This document shows positions 34,824 through 47,999 of a DNA stretch of 54,645 bases, in pieces. This stretch comes from Octopus bimaculoides (Eukaryota). The stretch's first letter is position 1, and every line of letters begins with the position of its first letter. The notes beneath the pieces were generated by a model. That model saw only the letters and a program-made list of their open reading frames with translations, was not told the DNA's origin and did no database searches. The stretch is taken from positions 42,977,576 through 43,032,220 of the forward strand of contig NC_068984.1 of the NCBI RefSeq assembly GCF_001194135.2, read 5' to 3'. Made by a program: the position numbers and the translations under genes.

Positions 34824-35501
34824 NNNNNNNNNNNNNNNNNNNNNNNNNNNNNNNNNNNNNNNNNNNNNNNNNNNNNNNNNNNNNNNNNNNNNNNNNNNNN
34901 NNNNNNNNNNNNNNNNNNNNNNNNNNNNNNNNNNNNNNNNNNNNNNNNNNNNNNNNNNNNNNNNNNNNNNNNNNNNNNNNNNNNNNNNNNNNNNNNNNNN
35001 NNNNNNNNNNNNNNNNNNNNNNNNNNNNNNNNNNNNNNNNNNNNNNNNNNNNNNNNNNNNNNNNNNNNNNNNNNNNNNNNNNNNNNNNNNNNNNNNNNNN
35101 NNNNNNNNNNNNNNNNNNNNNNNNNNNNNNNNNNNNNNNNNNNNNNNNNNNNNNNNNNNNNNNNNNNNNNNNNNNNNNNNNNNNNNNNNNNNNNNNNNNN
35201 NNNNNNNNNNNNNNNNNNNNNNNNNNNNNNNNNNNNNNNNNNNNNNNNNNNNNNNNNNNNNNNNNNNNNNNNNNNNNNNNNNNNNNNNNNNNNNNNNNNN
35301 NNNNNNNNNNNNNNNNNNNNNNNNNNNNNNNNNNNNNNNNNNNNNNATACCCTTTAGAAAGAAGAAAAAGCAGTAAAAAGAAAAGAAAAAAGATTCAATT
35401 TCAACACAAAAAAAAAGCAACGCGGAACAGCAAAAATTGTTTTTTAAAACTTTAGTAACAATCTTCCACCCGGGTTCCGAAACCGCAACTCCAAATCACT
35501 A

Positions 35502-35597
35502 TACAAACACCAGTTGCCGAGGTCACCTACCTCTAGTCCAATGAAATTTTACAAACACCAGTTGCTGACGTCACCTAACTCCAGACCAATCAAAACC
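35502..35597. promoter_or_regulatory. Tandem 48-bp duplication carrying CRE-like and CCAAT motifs in a CpG-rich patch
   Basis: Units 35502-35549 and 35550-35597 both start TACAAACACCAGTTGC. Perfect TGACGTCA at 35566-35573. CCAAT at 35538-35542 and 35586-35590 (GACCAATCA). Confidence 0.4.
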
Positions 35598-36779
35598 GAA
35601 CTTCATCAAATACAACGAAATGACCCTTTAAGAGAACCAACCAACCGGAACGACTTATGACCGTCTCCGCAGGGAAACCAACCCAGCAGAACGACAAGCT
35701 TGACCACGGATAAAAACGTCACCAGTATTTTAATGAATCAAAAATTAGATCCGCTCGCGGAAAGAATCATAAATACATCTGATCCCAAAATATACCACTA
35801 CAAACGAAAGCGTCTACTAGAAGAGGATCAGAGAAACTGTAAACCAAATTCCATTTTTTTTTATTCACTATTTTCTGTTATCTTATAGAACAGCTCTCAA
35901 TTTCTGGAAGAAAGAGAATCAGAACTCTCAAGGCAACGGCAGAAGCTTTCTAGCGATCTCTGCTCGCCTAAGGTGTTTGACACTCGCCATTCTATCTCTA
36001 GGAATCTCATTTCAACTGCATTGATAAGCTCATGTACTTTCAGAGTATACCATCATATGTAAAGATTGGCTCTATGTGTGTCCTTAGGTCTCTTTTCCCC
36101 CTGCCTCTTGATAGCCATTCAGGACACGAATGGAGAATTTATTGTGGCTTGCTATGTGTAGTGTTTAATATTATCTATTGCTATTATATTGCCTGGAATG
36201 CCAAAAATTATGTCAAATGTAATACGATTGGGATTGTCTACAACGATACTGCCTACGCGAGCTTCAGTAGGAACTCTAGAAACGAGATAGTATCGGTTCT
36301 GTCAGTAGCATTATTATGAAGTTTGTTGTTCATGTCAATTTGTATACCAATGGGTGAAACAGTAACCTTTTGTTTTTTACATTTTGTTACTTTGTGGGAG
36401 ATGCATATAAATAGGAGACACTTAATTTATGTTTCATTTTCTCAGAGTCCTTTATTTAATTGTTATTTAATTGATAAAAAATACTTTTCATATTGATACT
36501 TTTCAGTATCAGGATTTTTTGCAATTCGTGTTTTGTTGTTGCTGTCCATTGCAGCTGCTGTCACTCGTAGTATTTCTGTAGACTGCTTTATTTAATCCTT
36601 TGGTTTTCCTAAAGAGGTCTGTTCCTTCCCTGGGATCCTGCTTCTTTTTTTATTCCCGGTTTATGTATAGGCGTGGTTTAAGCATAGATTGGTAATTATA
36701 TTCTCAAACATCTACCAGGTTATTTTTTTAAGTCAGGAGAATTGTAAGTTAAAGAGCAGACTACAGGAAAGAAGTCATC

Positions 36780-37140
36780 TGTAACTGCTTCCCATATGGC
36801 TTTGTGCAGATCAAGATTGTTTAATTATTGTGCAGAAGAAATATGCTACGTTTAATCTTGGAATGCTGAAATTAAGATTAACTAAGACCACAGAGGACAG
36901 TATCGATGTCTGAAAGAAAGTTTTTTCAACTGAGATGCTAGGGATACTAGAGTGATTACTGAACACTAGGTCCAGATCTCTTTTGTTGTATCATGCTGGT
37001 TCAAGCACGGATTATAGCAAGAATACCTATTCATAGAGTTAAACGTGACTCGACCGTTGCACATTCTGTGATTTAGGTGCAATTAACTGATTTCAGAGTA
37101 CCTGTGAGCCAATCCACATAAGGAAAGCTGAAGTCTTTCT
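36780..37140 (-). mobile_element. CR1/L2-type LINE APE-endonuclease remnant
   Basis: Minus strand gives DFSFPYVDW (GDFN.P..DW), DLDLVFSN (LDL.FTN) and SDID (SDH). Frameshifted. Confidence 0.6.
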
Positions 37141-38243
37141 CATTAATATGCTTCTAGAATAAAATTTTAGAATGAAGAACTTGATTTTCTTGAAGCACTA
37201 TAAGAAGCAGAGTAGCGACACTTAATTTTGAATATATATATNNNNNNNNNNNNNNNNNNNNNNNNNNNNNNNNNNNNNNNNNNNNNNNNNNNNNNNNNNN
37301 NNNNNNNNNNNNNNNNNNNNNNNNNNNNNNNNNNNNNNNNNNNNNNNNNNNNNNNNNNNNNNNNNNNNNNNNNNNNNNNNNNNNNNNNNNNNNNNNNNNN
37401 NNNNNNNNNNNNNNNNNNNNNNNNNNNNNNNNNNNNNNNNNNNNNNNNNNNNNNNNNNNNNNNNNNNNNNNNNNNNNNNNNNNNNNNNNNNNNNNNNNNN
37501 NNNNNNNNNNNNNNNNNNNNNNNNNNNNNNNNNNNNNNNNNNNNNNNNNNNNNNNNNNNNNNNNNNNNNNNNNNNNNNNNNNNNNNNNNNNNNNNNNNNN
37601 NNNNNNNNNNNNNNNNNNNNNNNNNNNNNNNNNNNNNNNNNNNNNNNNNNNNNNNNNNNNNNNNNNNNNNNNNNNNNNNNNNNNNNNNNNNNNNNNNNNN
37701 NNNNNNNNNNNNNNNNNNNNNNNNNNNNNNNNNNNNNNNNNNNNNNNNNNNNNNNNNNNNNNNNNNGTGTGTGTTTGGAAAGATTAATCGAAAGCGCTCA
37801 CACACACTAGGAAAAATACTTCTACCATATAGGTTAGTAACATCCTGTTGTAATAATTCATAACTCTTTTTTAAAAAATCCCCTTTATACTTACAAAACT
37901 ATATTAAGTAATTTTCACAGGCTAATATCGAACATTGAGAATAACTGCTCAACACCACATTGGTGGATAAATATTCTTTATTTGTGGGTTAACAAGATTA
38001 CCATCTTTGATGGAGATGAATAACAACGTTCCATGCAGCAAGTTTGATAATTGTTGAGAGATTTCCTTCGGCCTGAAACCAATAGTAGCCTTGTGTTAAA
38101 ATTAACCCACAAATAATATACATATCTATATACACACACATACATACATACAAACATACATATCATATACGTACACATATGTGTATGTGTGTGTGAATGT
38201 GTGTGTGTAAGAGAGATAGAGAGATAGAGAGAGACGGAGAGAC

Positions 38244-38276
<33 letters not shown>

Positions 38277-38471
38277 CGGAGAGAGACAGAGACAACGAGA
38301 CAGAGAGAGACAGAGAGAGACAAGAGGGAGAGATACATAGATAGATAGATATTTAAGTAACGTTTACGTGAAACGCAAGAGAACGACATTTCTTTCTACA
38401 TAGTCCTGTAAATTTACAAAGTATCACCACTCTTAATTTATATAAGATAGAAAATATGGTTTTCAACTCAC

Positions 38472-38497
38472 AGACATCATCTCATCAGCATCTATCG
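38472..38497 (-). other. Candidate 26-nt micro-exon (unassigned)
   Basis: Minus-strand acceptor TATTTTACTCTATACAG and donor GTGAGT. Only the phase-1 reading is open (xIDADEMMS). Confidence 0.25.
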
Positions 38498-39716
38498 CTG
38501 TATAGAGTAAAATATAGCAATAAAGAAAGAAAACAATGCTAGGCTAGCTCTTCTTCATAATAGCCCAATCTAAAACACATTGTGTTTTTTTTTTTTCATT
38601 CGTTCCAATTTTCAAAATTATTGTAGTTTTCGTGTTGCTATAGTTTCTACTGCTATTATTACTACTTCTCTTACTTCTGCTGTTAGCTTTGCTGCCATAC
38701 ATCATGTTTGTCGATGGGAAACATAGTTATTTCAAAAGAAATCTTTGCAATTCTCGACCAAGCAATAACTTGTTTGACAATGACTTCTTTTTAGAAGAAA
38801 ATGTCTCAGACAAAGCAAGTTTGTATTGTCTTATTTTTTTGGTTTGCTTTCTTTTGTCATTATTTCTTTTGCAAAAAATACGCCAATATGTACACGAATA
38901 CATAAATAAATACCTACACACACACGCACGCGCGCACGAATATATATATATATATATATATATAGCTTTTGAACTGTCTACTATGTTAGAGGAACTTATA
39001 TCTTAAACTATGCGTGCAAATGTATGTTATTAAAATAAGAATTGGGACAACTTAATTTTTTTTATATTCCAATATATCTTGACAGCTTTCTAAGTTAAGT
39101 AGAATTCCTACAGAGAACTTGCACTACGAAAGGGTGTAGTTGTCTTTTGAAACCTGTTGAAGATGAATTCTGATAAATGGAAGTAAACGTGTGGAGGAAG
39201 GGGACAACAATTTGCTAATGTTTAGCCCCATTTTGTCAAAGAGAAATTCAAAATATTTACATTCTATTATATATATCCCGCTGCGAAAATAAGGTGAACA
39301 ATCTCTCTGCCATACGTCGTTCTTCTGGTAAAAGTTCTGACTAAAAAAACCGACAGCCACAATAATAATTGTTTCTTACATAGGCATGAAGTCTGAGTAG
39401 TTTTTAAAAAGAAAAAAGGGAAGTCGCAGTGTATATAACTTTCCCAAGGACATTGGTTATGTAAGCGAAATAACTGCTACTGAGAATTAGAACTAGTTTG
39501 TAAAACCATCTTGCTGTTAGCTTACCACTTGCTCATTGGCACTTGCCACACGTAATTGCTTTACATACACAAAAAATCTGAGATCTTCAGAGAAGGAAAA
39601 ATAAACTTCAAACTTTTCCCAAGTGCATTAGTGATATATATGAAAAGAAATGGATACAATCGAAAACGAAATTGATCTGAACAGTTGGCTAAACGAGAGC
39701 TTATCTTTTGTCTTAC

Positions 39717-39717
<1 letters not shown>

Positions 39718-39769
<52 letters not shown>

Positions 39770-39955
39770 CTTTTATACGTTAAGCACAAGACCTGAAATT
39801 TGAGGGAGGGAGGGCTAGCCGATTACATCGACCCCTCCTCAACTGGTACTTATTTCATCGACCCCGAAAAGATGAAAGGCAAAGTCGACTGAAGCAAAAT
39901 TTGAAAGTATGGACGGACGAAATACCGCTAAACATTTTGCCCGGTGTGCAACAAG
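39718..39955 (-). mobile_element. SINE family A, inverted, with (TAA)n tail
   Basis: GATTACATCGACCCC..CTGGTACTTATTTCATCGACCCCGAAAAGATGAAAGGCAAAGTCGAC. (TAA)n at 39718-39769. Confidence 0.85.
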
Positions 39956-39974
39956 AAGAAGAAGAAGACCGAGT

Positions 39975-40440
39975 TGGACATCTACAGCATTTACAATGAT
40001 TAATTTTTGGCATTATAAAATCAAGACCGTGGTCAAGTGGTATACGCATCATCTTGAAAATGTTACTGAGGGAGAATATGTAACGATTCTTTTGGGGCTT
40101 TTTTACATAACCTTCAAAGCTAATAAACCGGATATTATTGTGAAAGACCAAAATAATAAAGCGTTTATTGACTGATATGAGTATCCCTTGTGTTCATACT
40201 ATCTCGGCAAAAGAATTTGACAAGCTCAGGAAATATAAAATTTGCTCATTGAAATCGAAAAATGTCGCATCTCAAGGCGATTACTAGACCAATGATTGTA
40301 GGAGCACTAGGAAAGATCAAAAAAGAAAAATTATTTGAGAATGACCCTTTACTCTACTTGAAGGAAGTATTTAAAAAAATTGTATTAACTGGTGTTTCGC
40401 GCATACTAAGAAGAGCATTATCGTTATGAGAAATATAAAC
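39975..40440 (+). mobile_element. R4/Dong 3' fragment (REL nuclease region, degenerate)
   Basis: WYTHHLENVTEGEYVTIL..KANKPDIIVKDQNNK..DMSIP..ISAKEFDKLRKYK..MIVGALG..VLTGVSRILRRALSL*. Confidence 0.88.
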
Positions 40441-42464
40441 TCCCATGTAAATATTTTCTTTACATAACTTTATTTCATTTTGTAAATGAACTTGGTGTGT
40501 TTATCTTAATGACCTATCAGTGAATACAGTAAAAGCAAAAGAGTTCCACATCATATCGAGCATGATCTCTCAAATGTTCATTAACCGTTGTCTGTTGAGG
40601 TCTTTTTCATTTATTACAATCTAGGGTTCCTGATGGTCGTTTTCTACCTTCTCTAAAATCAGCTCACTATTTGGTTCGGCCTCTTTTAATGTCGGCATTA
40701 AAGCAATAAAAATCAGGTTGCTTTTCAAAGTACCATAAAGTTCAGAAAGTTTGTAATGCGAGTGCTCCTTCCTGAGAGACTTTCAGTCACTTGCTTGTTT
40801 GGTGTGGGCTCCTTTTTTTAGCGTTTCTTTCTCTTCTCACTGCCCCCGTTAAATGAAGGAGGATGAGGAGGAGGAAGAGGAGGAGTTGGAGGAGGTGGAG
40901 GAGGAGGAGAGGCTGATTTAAATATGCTAACACTTTTACCTGTTTTCAAAAAGTGAAATTAGAATATTCCATCTTCCCTTGACGATAGTGCAGTAAAGTG
41001 AACACCGACGTTCCGTTCAGCTACTGGCCAAATATTTATTCCCGAGATTCTATGCTTATTCATGAGTTAGGTGTTTTTACACAAGCACACAAATATGCAT
41101 ATACACATACGTATATACATTCTTTTATTTTTATACGAAGACGTATATAAAGATATATATAGAATTCAAGGTAAAGTGGAATTTTAATTTTTTTAAATTT
41201 TTACAGTGACTTCGAAATTTCGCCTACATACAGCTTTACAACTATAGTAAAAAAAGATATGCTTTTCTTTATATGATTAAGAATGAAAGAGGCTGGTGAA
41301 GGAGATTATACAGAAATATCTGTAAAGATGCTGAAGACCTAACAAAGTTGCCTGGAATGAGATTGTGTTGAATATATAATCTATGGGAGAAGGTATGTGT
41401 TTATGTACGTAATGACAGATTGATAAATTTTTGTGGTATGTATGGAAGAGTAATATATCTGAGATTAAGTGTTATTTTAACGGCTTACTATGTTATAAAA
41501 CTAGGATTTTGAATTTGAAAATGAACGGTGGTTTTGTAACATATACTGTTGAGAATAAGTAGAAATTGCTGAGATAAGTTTCGACTATTTTAAAAATAAA
41601 TAAATAAAGCTTTGTGTTCGAATTAATATTTTAAGTCTTTAATTTTAATTAAAATTAAGGTCGTGAATATACACAGTGTCGCTCAGTATTCTAAAAATCT
41701 ATACGTTGATATTAATTATGAAACCATGGTTGATATCGTGTTTTCAGTCAATTCTTATGAGAACTATTATAGGCAGGATTTAAAAACGTCGTTTCTAATG
41801 AGACAGACTAAACAAATCATGAGTTTTGTCGTTATTTAAAATTAGATTTACAGTGTCTTAAAAAGAGCAACAACTTAAAGTTTTAAACATAGAGGGGGGA
41901 AATACGAGGTTTCGTAACAAAATCAAGAAAAAAGTGAAAAGGATTTAGAAGAGGATTTATACAATTAATACATTATATATCGCTCTAAGTGGTTGCTATT
42001 AAACTAAATATTATACATACATACACACAAAGAAGTATACAATGAAAACAAATATGCCGATGGAATGAACGAAAAAAGATGTAACGTTTAGGTTGATACC
42101 TTTTATCTCAGACAAAATAATGGATGAAGATAGACAAGAGGAAAGGAAAAATGAACGATACCGAGTTTACAATGTTTTCCGACACTAGTAAATCTAATGT
42201 AAAATAAAAGTTGGAAAGTGAGATAGAAGGATCGAACGTGTAGAAAGAAAATCAGAAAGAGAATATATGCGGAAAGAGAGGCAGAGAAAGCGAGAAAGAA
42301 AGGAGAGAGACAGAGAAAGTGAAAAAGAAAGGAGAAAGAGAGAAGAATGAGAGAAGAGAACAAGGAAGAAGACAGCTATTGAGGGAAGAAGAAGTGAGAT
42401 GCACAGGTTACCAGTGTATGAGTACATTTGTATAGTGAAGTGTAGTTAAATATTTTTTTCTACT

Positions 42465-42615
42465 ATAGGGAATAGGTCTGAAATTTCGAGGGAGGAGCTA
42501 GTCGATTACATCAACCTCTGTGCCCAACGACCCCGAAAGGATAGAAAGCAAAGTCAACCACGTCGAAATTTGAACTCAGAGCGTAAAAACAAACGAAATT
42601 CTGCTAAGGATCTGT
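42465..42615 (-). mobile_element. SINE family A, inverted partial
   Basis: CTGAAATTTCGAGGG..GTCGATTACATC..GACCCCGAAAGGATAGAAAGCAAAGTC..AAATTTGAACTCAGAGCGTAA. Confidence 0.75.
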
Positions 42616-42666
42616 AGTTAAATGTGGAATATTTTCATTGTGTTAAGATTAAACAGCACATTTATA

Positions 42667-42891
42667 TTGGGTTGGTGCATAATTATTGCGGCTTTTTTCC
42701 AACAAATTTTATTCAACAAAAACAATAACATGTAACAAAAACATATTTGAATGATTACTCCAGAGCACATTCACCATCTACTTCAATTACTGCTTTCCAT
42801 TTACTTGGCAGACGGTCAGACCGTCATTTCATTGTTTTTGTTGAATGAAATTTGTTGAAAAAAAAGCCGCAATAATTATGCACCAACCTAA
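42667..42891. mobile_element. mariner-derived MITE (225 bp)
   Basis: TA TSD at 42665-66 and 42892-93. TIR TTGGGTTGGTGCATAATTATTGCGGCTTTTTT / AAAAAAGCCGCAATAATTATGCACCAACCTAA (Hsmar1/MADE-like). Internal minus-strand remnant LPSKWKAVIEVDGE of the transposase C-terminus. Confidence 0.93.
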
Positions 42892-43030
42892 TATATTTGG
42901 ATGCTTCAGTTGTTACAGTCGAAATGCATTTATGTACGTATGAATAGAATATAACAATAAAATTGTCGTGGGATATGTAAATACGTTTCCTATAAATGAT
43001 GCAACTTGAATGCGAATTTCGTTATGAATA

Positions 43031-43224
43031 AAGGTTTCAAATTTTGGCACAATGTCAGCAGTTTTTGAGTGGAGAGTGAAGTCGCTTGAGGGGTACTTAT
43101 TTTATCGACCCCGAGAGGGAGAATGGTAAAGTCAACATCGGTGGAATTTGTACTCAGAATGTAAAGACGAACGAAATGCCGTTAAGTATTTTGTTCAGCG
43201 TGCCGACGATTCTGCCAGCTCGCC
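43031..43224 (-). mobile_element. SINE family A, inverted, near full length
   Basis: Ends CGATTCTGCCAGCTCGCC (reverse complement of the head). Body GGTACTTATTTTATCGACCCCGA..GGAATTTGTACTCAGAATGTAAAGACG. Confidence 0.9.
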
Positions 43225-44466
43225 AATATCAATTTCGTTATAAATCATAGTTCATAATACATAGGGTTCAATTTTTTTTTTCAAATGGATAGGCGGAAAG
43301 CTATTCTCAGGACACGAACGACGCATCTGCTGTAACCCAGACTGATTGCTTGCCATCTTTTTTCCATCCAAGAAGTTAACTCGTTGTTTTTATGTACTTA
43401 ATTAAAATGAATTAGAAAAACGAGGTTAAAAGTAGAATATCATTTAAGTTGTACTGGCTATTTAAGTAGACGGAGACGGTTGTTTTTAGGCAAAGTGTAT
43501 TAACTTATTAAGTGAAGGGCTTGCTTATAAACAGGTTTGTATTTTGAAAAGATACTAAAATGCTACAATAGAGGAGATCTTTCAAGTGAAAAAAAATTAG
43601 TGAACTGGATGAGGATAATTTCCTGATATTGGGTTTGCATGTATTGATTAGGAAAATTATCTTCAGTAGCAAAAATTTAGTCCCGCTCAGCATGTTCATA
43701 GTTCGAAGAAAACTGTTAATTTCAGATTAATTATTTTCTACTCTAGGCACAAGGCCCGAAAGTTGTTTTTTTTTTTTNNNNNNNNNNNNNNNNNNNNNNN
43801 NNNNNNNNNNNNNNNNNNNNNNNNNNNNNNNNNNNNNNNNNNNNNNNNNNNNNNNNNNNNNNNNNNNNNNNNNNNNNNNNNNNNNNNNNNNNNNNNNNNN
43901 NNNNNNNNNNNNNNNNNNNNNNNNNNNNNNNNNNNNNNNNNNNNNNNNNNNNNNNNNNNNNNNNNNNNNNNNNNNNNNNNNNNNNNNNNNNNNNNNNNNN
44001 NNNNNNNNNNNNNNNNNNNNNNNNNNNNNNNNNNNNNNNNNNNNNNNNNNNNNNNNNNNNNNNNNNNNNNNNNNNNNNNNNNNNNNNNNNNNNNNNNNNN
44101 NNNNNNNNNNNNNNNNNNNNNNNNNNNNNNNNNNNNNNNNNNNNNNNNNNNNNNNNNNNNNNNNNNNNNNNNNNNNNNNNNNNNNNNNNNNNNNNNNNNN
44201 NNNNNNNNNNNNNNNNNNNNNNNNNNNNNNNNNNNNNNNNNNNNNNNNNNNNNNNNNNNNNNNNNNNNNNNNNNNNNNNNNNNNNNNNNNNNNNNNNNNN
44301 NNNNNNNNNNNNNNNNNNNNNNNNNNNNNNNNNNNNNNNNNNNNNNNNNNNNNNNNNNNNNNNNNNNNNNGGCAGTTTATGCTAAAAGAATTTTTCTCTT
44401 AGTATAAAGAAAAAGTATTAGGACCTATGGACGGTATTTGATGTGTGCCAATTCGTTGAGTGTGTG

Positions 44467-44507
<41 letters not shown>

Positions 44508-45074
44508 GAAGTATGTAATGCCTCTGAAAATATAACTGGTTCGATATATTTCAAAGCCCTAAAGATATCTGCAAAGGGTAACAAATTATGTGTATCAGTT
44601 GAGTAGTTGGAGGTTGAAATACAGAATTTCATAGCACTCAAGTGCACTATGCTGGCATGAACATGGCATTGTTAGAACAAGATTTTACAAATCATAACAA
44701 CTTTTCGTATTATATCAAAATCCTTGTTAATAGACTTCAAGGTTCCTGATATTCTGATTTTCAAATATTTTTGTATGTTGATAAAACCATATTTTGAATG
44801 AACTGAATGGTAACCTTCTATAGGAAATTTAATTTCCGTTAGCGTTAACGATGTTCTCTTAAACTAACTCTTTAGCCTTACAACTCCCTTTAAAAGGACA
44901 ATTTTTGGCGATCATACAAACTCAGTTTGGTGTACTCAGTTAGGGAGGTAGAGATTTTAATTACGATATTCTCCCCTCTCTCATTTCCATGTCTTTCTTA
45001 TCCTCTCTTATATCTCTATCTATCTGCCTCTCTGTTTCTCCCTCTATCTGGCTCTGTCTGTCTCNNNNNNNNNN

Positions 45075-45122
<48 letters not shown>

Positions 45123-46900
45123 GTACCATGCTTCCGACATCGGGGATCATGGATCCTCATGCCAAGGACTGAAGGTACATAATTTTTCTTGAGAAAAATA
45201 CAACAGTTATTTCCCGTTGCACTTTGTCGCTTTATTTCCAAATTAGGCTATTAGTCTCCTGCTCTCCCAGATGTACCCTTGAAGCACAGTGTTTAACCCT
45301 TGGATAAGAGGACAATATTATTTGACATCAGGACATGTCAACATACTGGTTGGCCTGGTTTTTATGGTACATGTCCTGTGAGCAAACAGTCCTCTGATCC
45401 CTGTATACCTTAGTCACAGAACTACCTTCTGCTATTTGACCCATAACTGGGGCTCTTTACTGGTATTCTATCCTGGACAAGACCAGATATTAAAATACTA
45501 GTGACTAAAGAGTAACTCCCTACAGAATTGTATTACAGCTATATTCCCGTTTTTCAATGTATTCAATCCTGTTACGTGCTTCGTTAAAATAGTTGGGTGT
45601 ATTAATGAAAACCCGTTCATTCGAAGATCGAGTAGAGTCATGTGGATTCGTTTTTAGTTAAATTCTTAATTTCACAATCGGAATGTTTAGTTTATTTGTG
45701 GATAAAATTGTAGACAAATTGTGAATTTTTTTTCTTTTGCATTTGAAGGGTGTGAAGAGACCGTAGTCAAGGTTGAAGGAAATATCACGAAAGTTATAGC
45801 TTGTAACTGAATTTTAAGTGTAATTTAAAAAGTTACATTTTTTTAAGAACTTGTGGATGTTCTTGAAGAATCTATTAGTTTTCTTTTTAATATTAAAATC
45901 ACGAAATTATAACAGGCTGTCGCCGTGATATAAACTTCCGAGGTATACAGAAATGTACGGCATTTAAACAATATAATAAAAAATATCGCTGACTTCTGTT
46001 GAATTTATCGGCCCTATACCAACATCAAAGGGTACATTATTACACTTCTTAAGCCAAAATAAGATGTCGCAGAAGAGTAAAGATTTTTCAAGTTTGTAAA
46101 ATAATATCAATATATGTGTTATTAATAGGTGTAATATAAGTCTATGAGTCTAGCACAGATATAAGTGATTCTGTAATTGTATGTTAAGTCTTTTATAATT
46201 AGTTGAAAAAAAACGGTTGTTTATTTTCTATCCTGGGTATTAAACCATTGTTTAACTGAATTTGTATTATCCCATCACCCTAGAACTGAACTGAATTTGA
46301 CTTTGAGAACGATAGTTTAAAAATATTTCTACTAATGATTCTTATATCCGTTTTAGAAGTGTTAATTAGTTTACTTAACAGGTAAAATGCATTACTTTCA
46401 ACTTTCAAATTACCGAATTTAAAAGGTAAAAGTAGGATAATAATCTCATAATTCTTGTTCTTGTTTAGAAATGTTTCATCCCTTACATCCATGTCTAATT
46501 AAAAGTAATTTAGCGCTAAAAACATTTCAGTTAAAATGTGTTAATCCGACCTATAAAAAGTCTCATATTGCTTGAATTAAATCACTTTGACGTTTCTAGA
46601 GTTTTGCAGTTGATTAATAAATATCAAAATTTTAATTAAAATACAATTTCCTGGACGCTTTAGAACACTTAGCAATATTACGTAATTTTTACGAACTAAT
46701 TAATTAAAATTTAAAAACTGAAATATTAATTACAGTTCAATATTTTTTTTAATCTATTTTCAAAGGAACCAAATCTCAGTAATATTCTCAACCGCATGCA
46801 TTACAAAACCAATCTTTCATTTTCAAATTTAAAGAACCTGTTATGTAACATTGCAAATCGTCAAACCAAATTCATATGCAATAGACCTACAAACACACAC

Positions 46901-46942
<42 letters not shown>

Positions 46943-47999
46943 ACTAACACACACACACTAACACACACACACACTAACACACACGCTAACACACACACAC
47001 ACACACACACAAATTTACACGTCATTTCGTACATAACTGGTATACCACTGATAATCTGCAACCTTGCAGGATTATCGGTACTTTCTGGACATAATAACAT
47101 TTTTTTCTGTACATAATAATTCCGCAATGCAGTTCTGCGCAAATAAATATATACCTCCCATGTCTCTAAAGGACTATGCACCGTATGAAATTTGAATGAA
47201 ACAGATATACTAAAAGATTAAATGAGTATGCATGTTACAAGTTTAGTAATACAGTCTGTATCAGTGAAACTGGATTATTAGATAAATAACTGAATGAAAT
47301 CGAAATATAATATGAACTAAATTACTGAATGAAATTAAACAGGAAATTTAGAATTAACATCAAGGTTCTGGAAATCGAGAGCATATTGCAGCGTGTATTG
47401 GTAGGATAGCTTTACTTCCTTCAAAGGACGTAGGGCATTAGCTTTTTTCTGCGCTTTGTAGCTTGCATCTGAGTAAACTGTTACATTTGAGTAACCTGGA
47501 ATAGTTAACATACACCATAGATTTTTTTTAATCTCGAGGGCCTTTTTCGCTGTTTTCTGTTAATGTCCGATATAATGCGGTTTGTCTGCATTATGCACAT
47601 TTTCAAAACACAGTTCTCTTCAGCTACAAGCTTAGTGAATTTGTCCACATACTTTTCATCTCTGGTTTGCGGATCGCTTTTCTCTACATAATTTCAGGAT
47701 GAGAATTTTGTGATGCTTCGTAAAGCTTTGAAGCTATCCTTCATTCTAATTACACTGGGATTCTAATTTAAGTTCTACATGAAATAACTAAGTCAGTTCC
47801 ATTAATATAGTAGCTGACATGTCCACTCTATCATTAATATTGAACAAACTAAGGCATGAATTACATAAATAAACAGTTAACCAAAAATTATGTAGTGGGT
47901 AAATTTAAGGAAAATACACTGCCTGCAATGCCATCTGTAGCTACAGAGTGTGTATACTAATATGGCGAACACAAAAATTTCAATTTTTCTATTGTAATT

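Noticed and set aside
40855-40912. GGA-rich tract read as a poly-Glu exon or G-quadruplex
   Set aside because: No ORF context or splice sites. It is a simple (GGA)n repeat with only GG runs.
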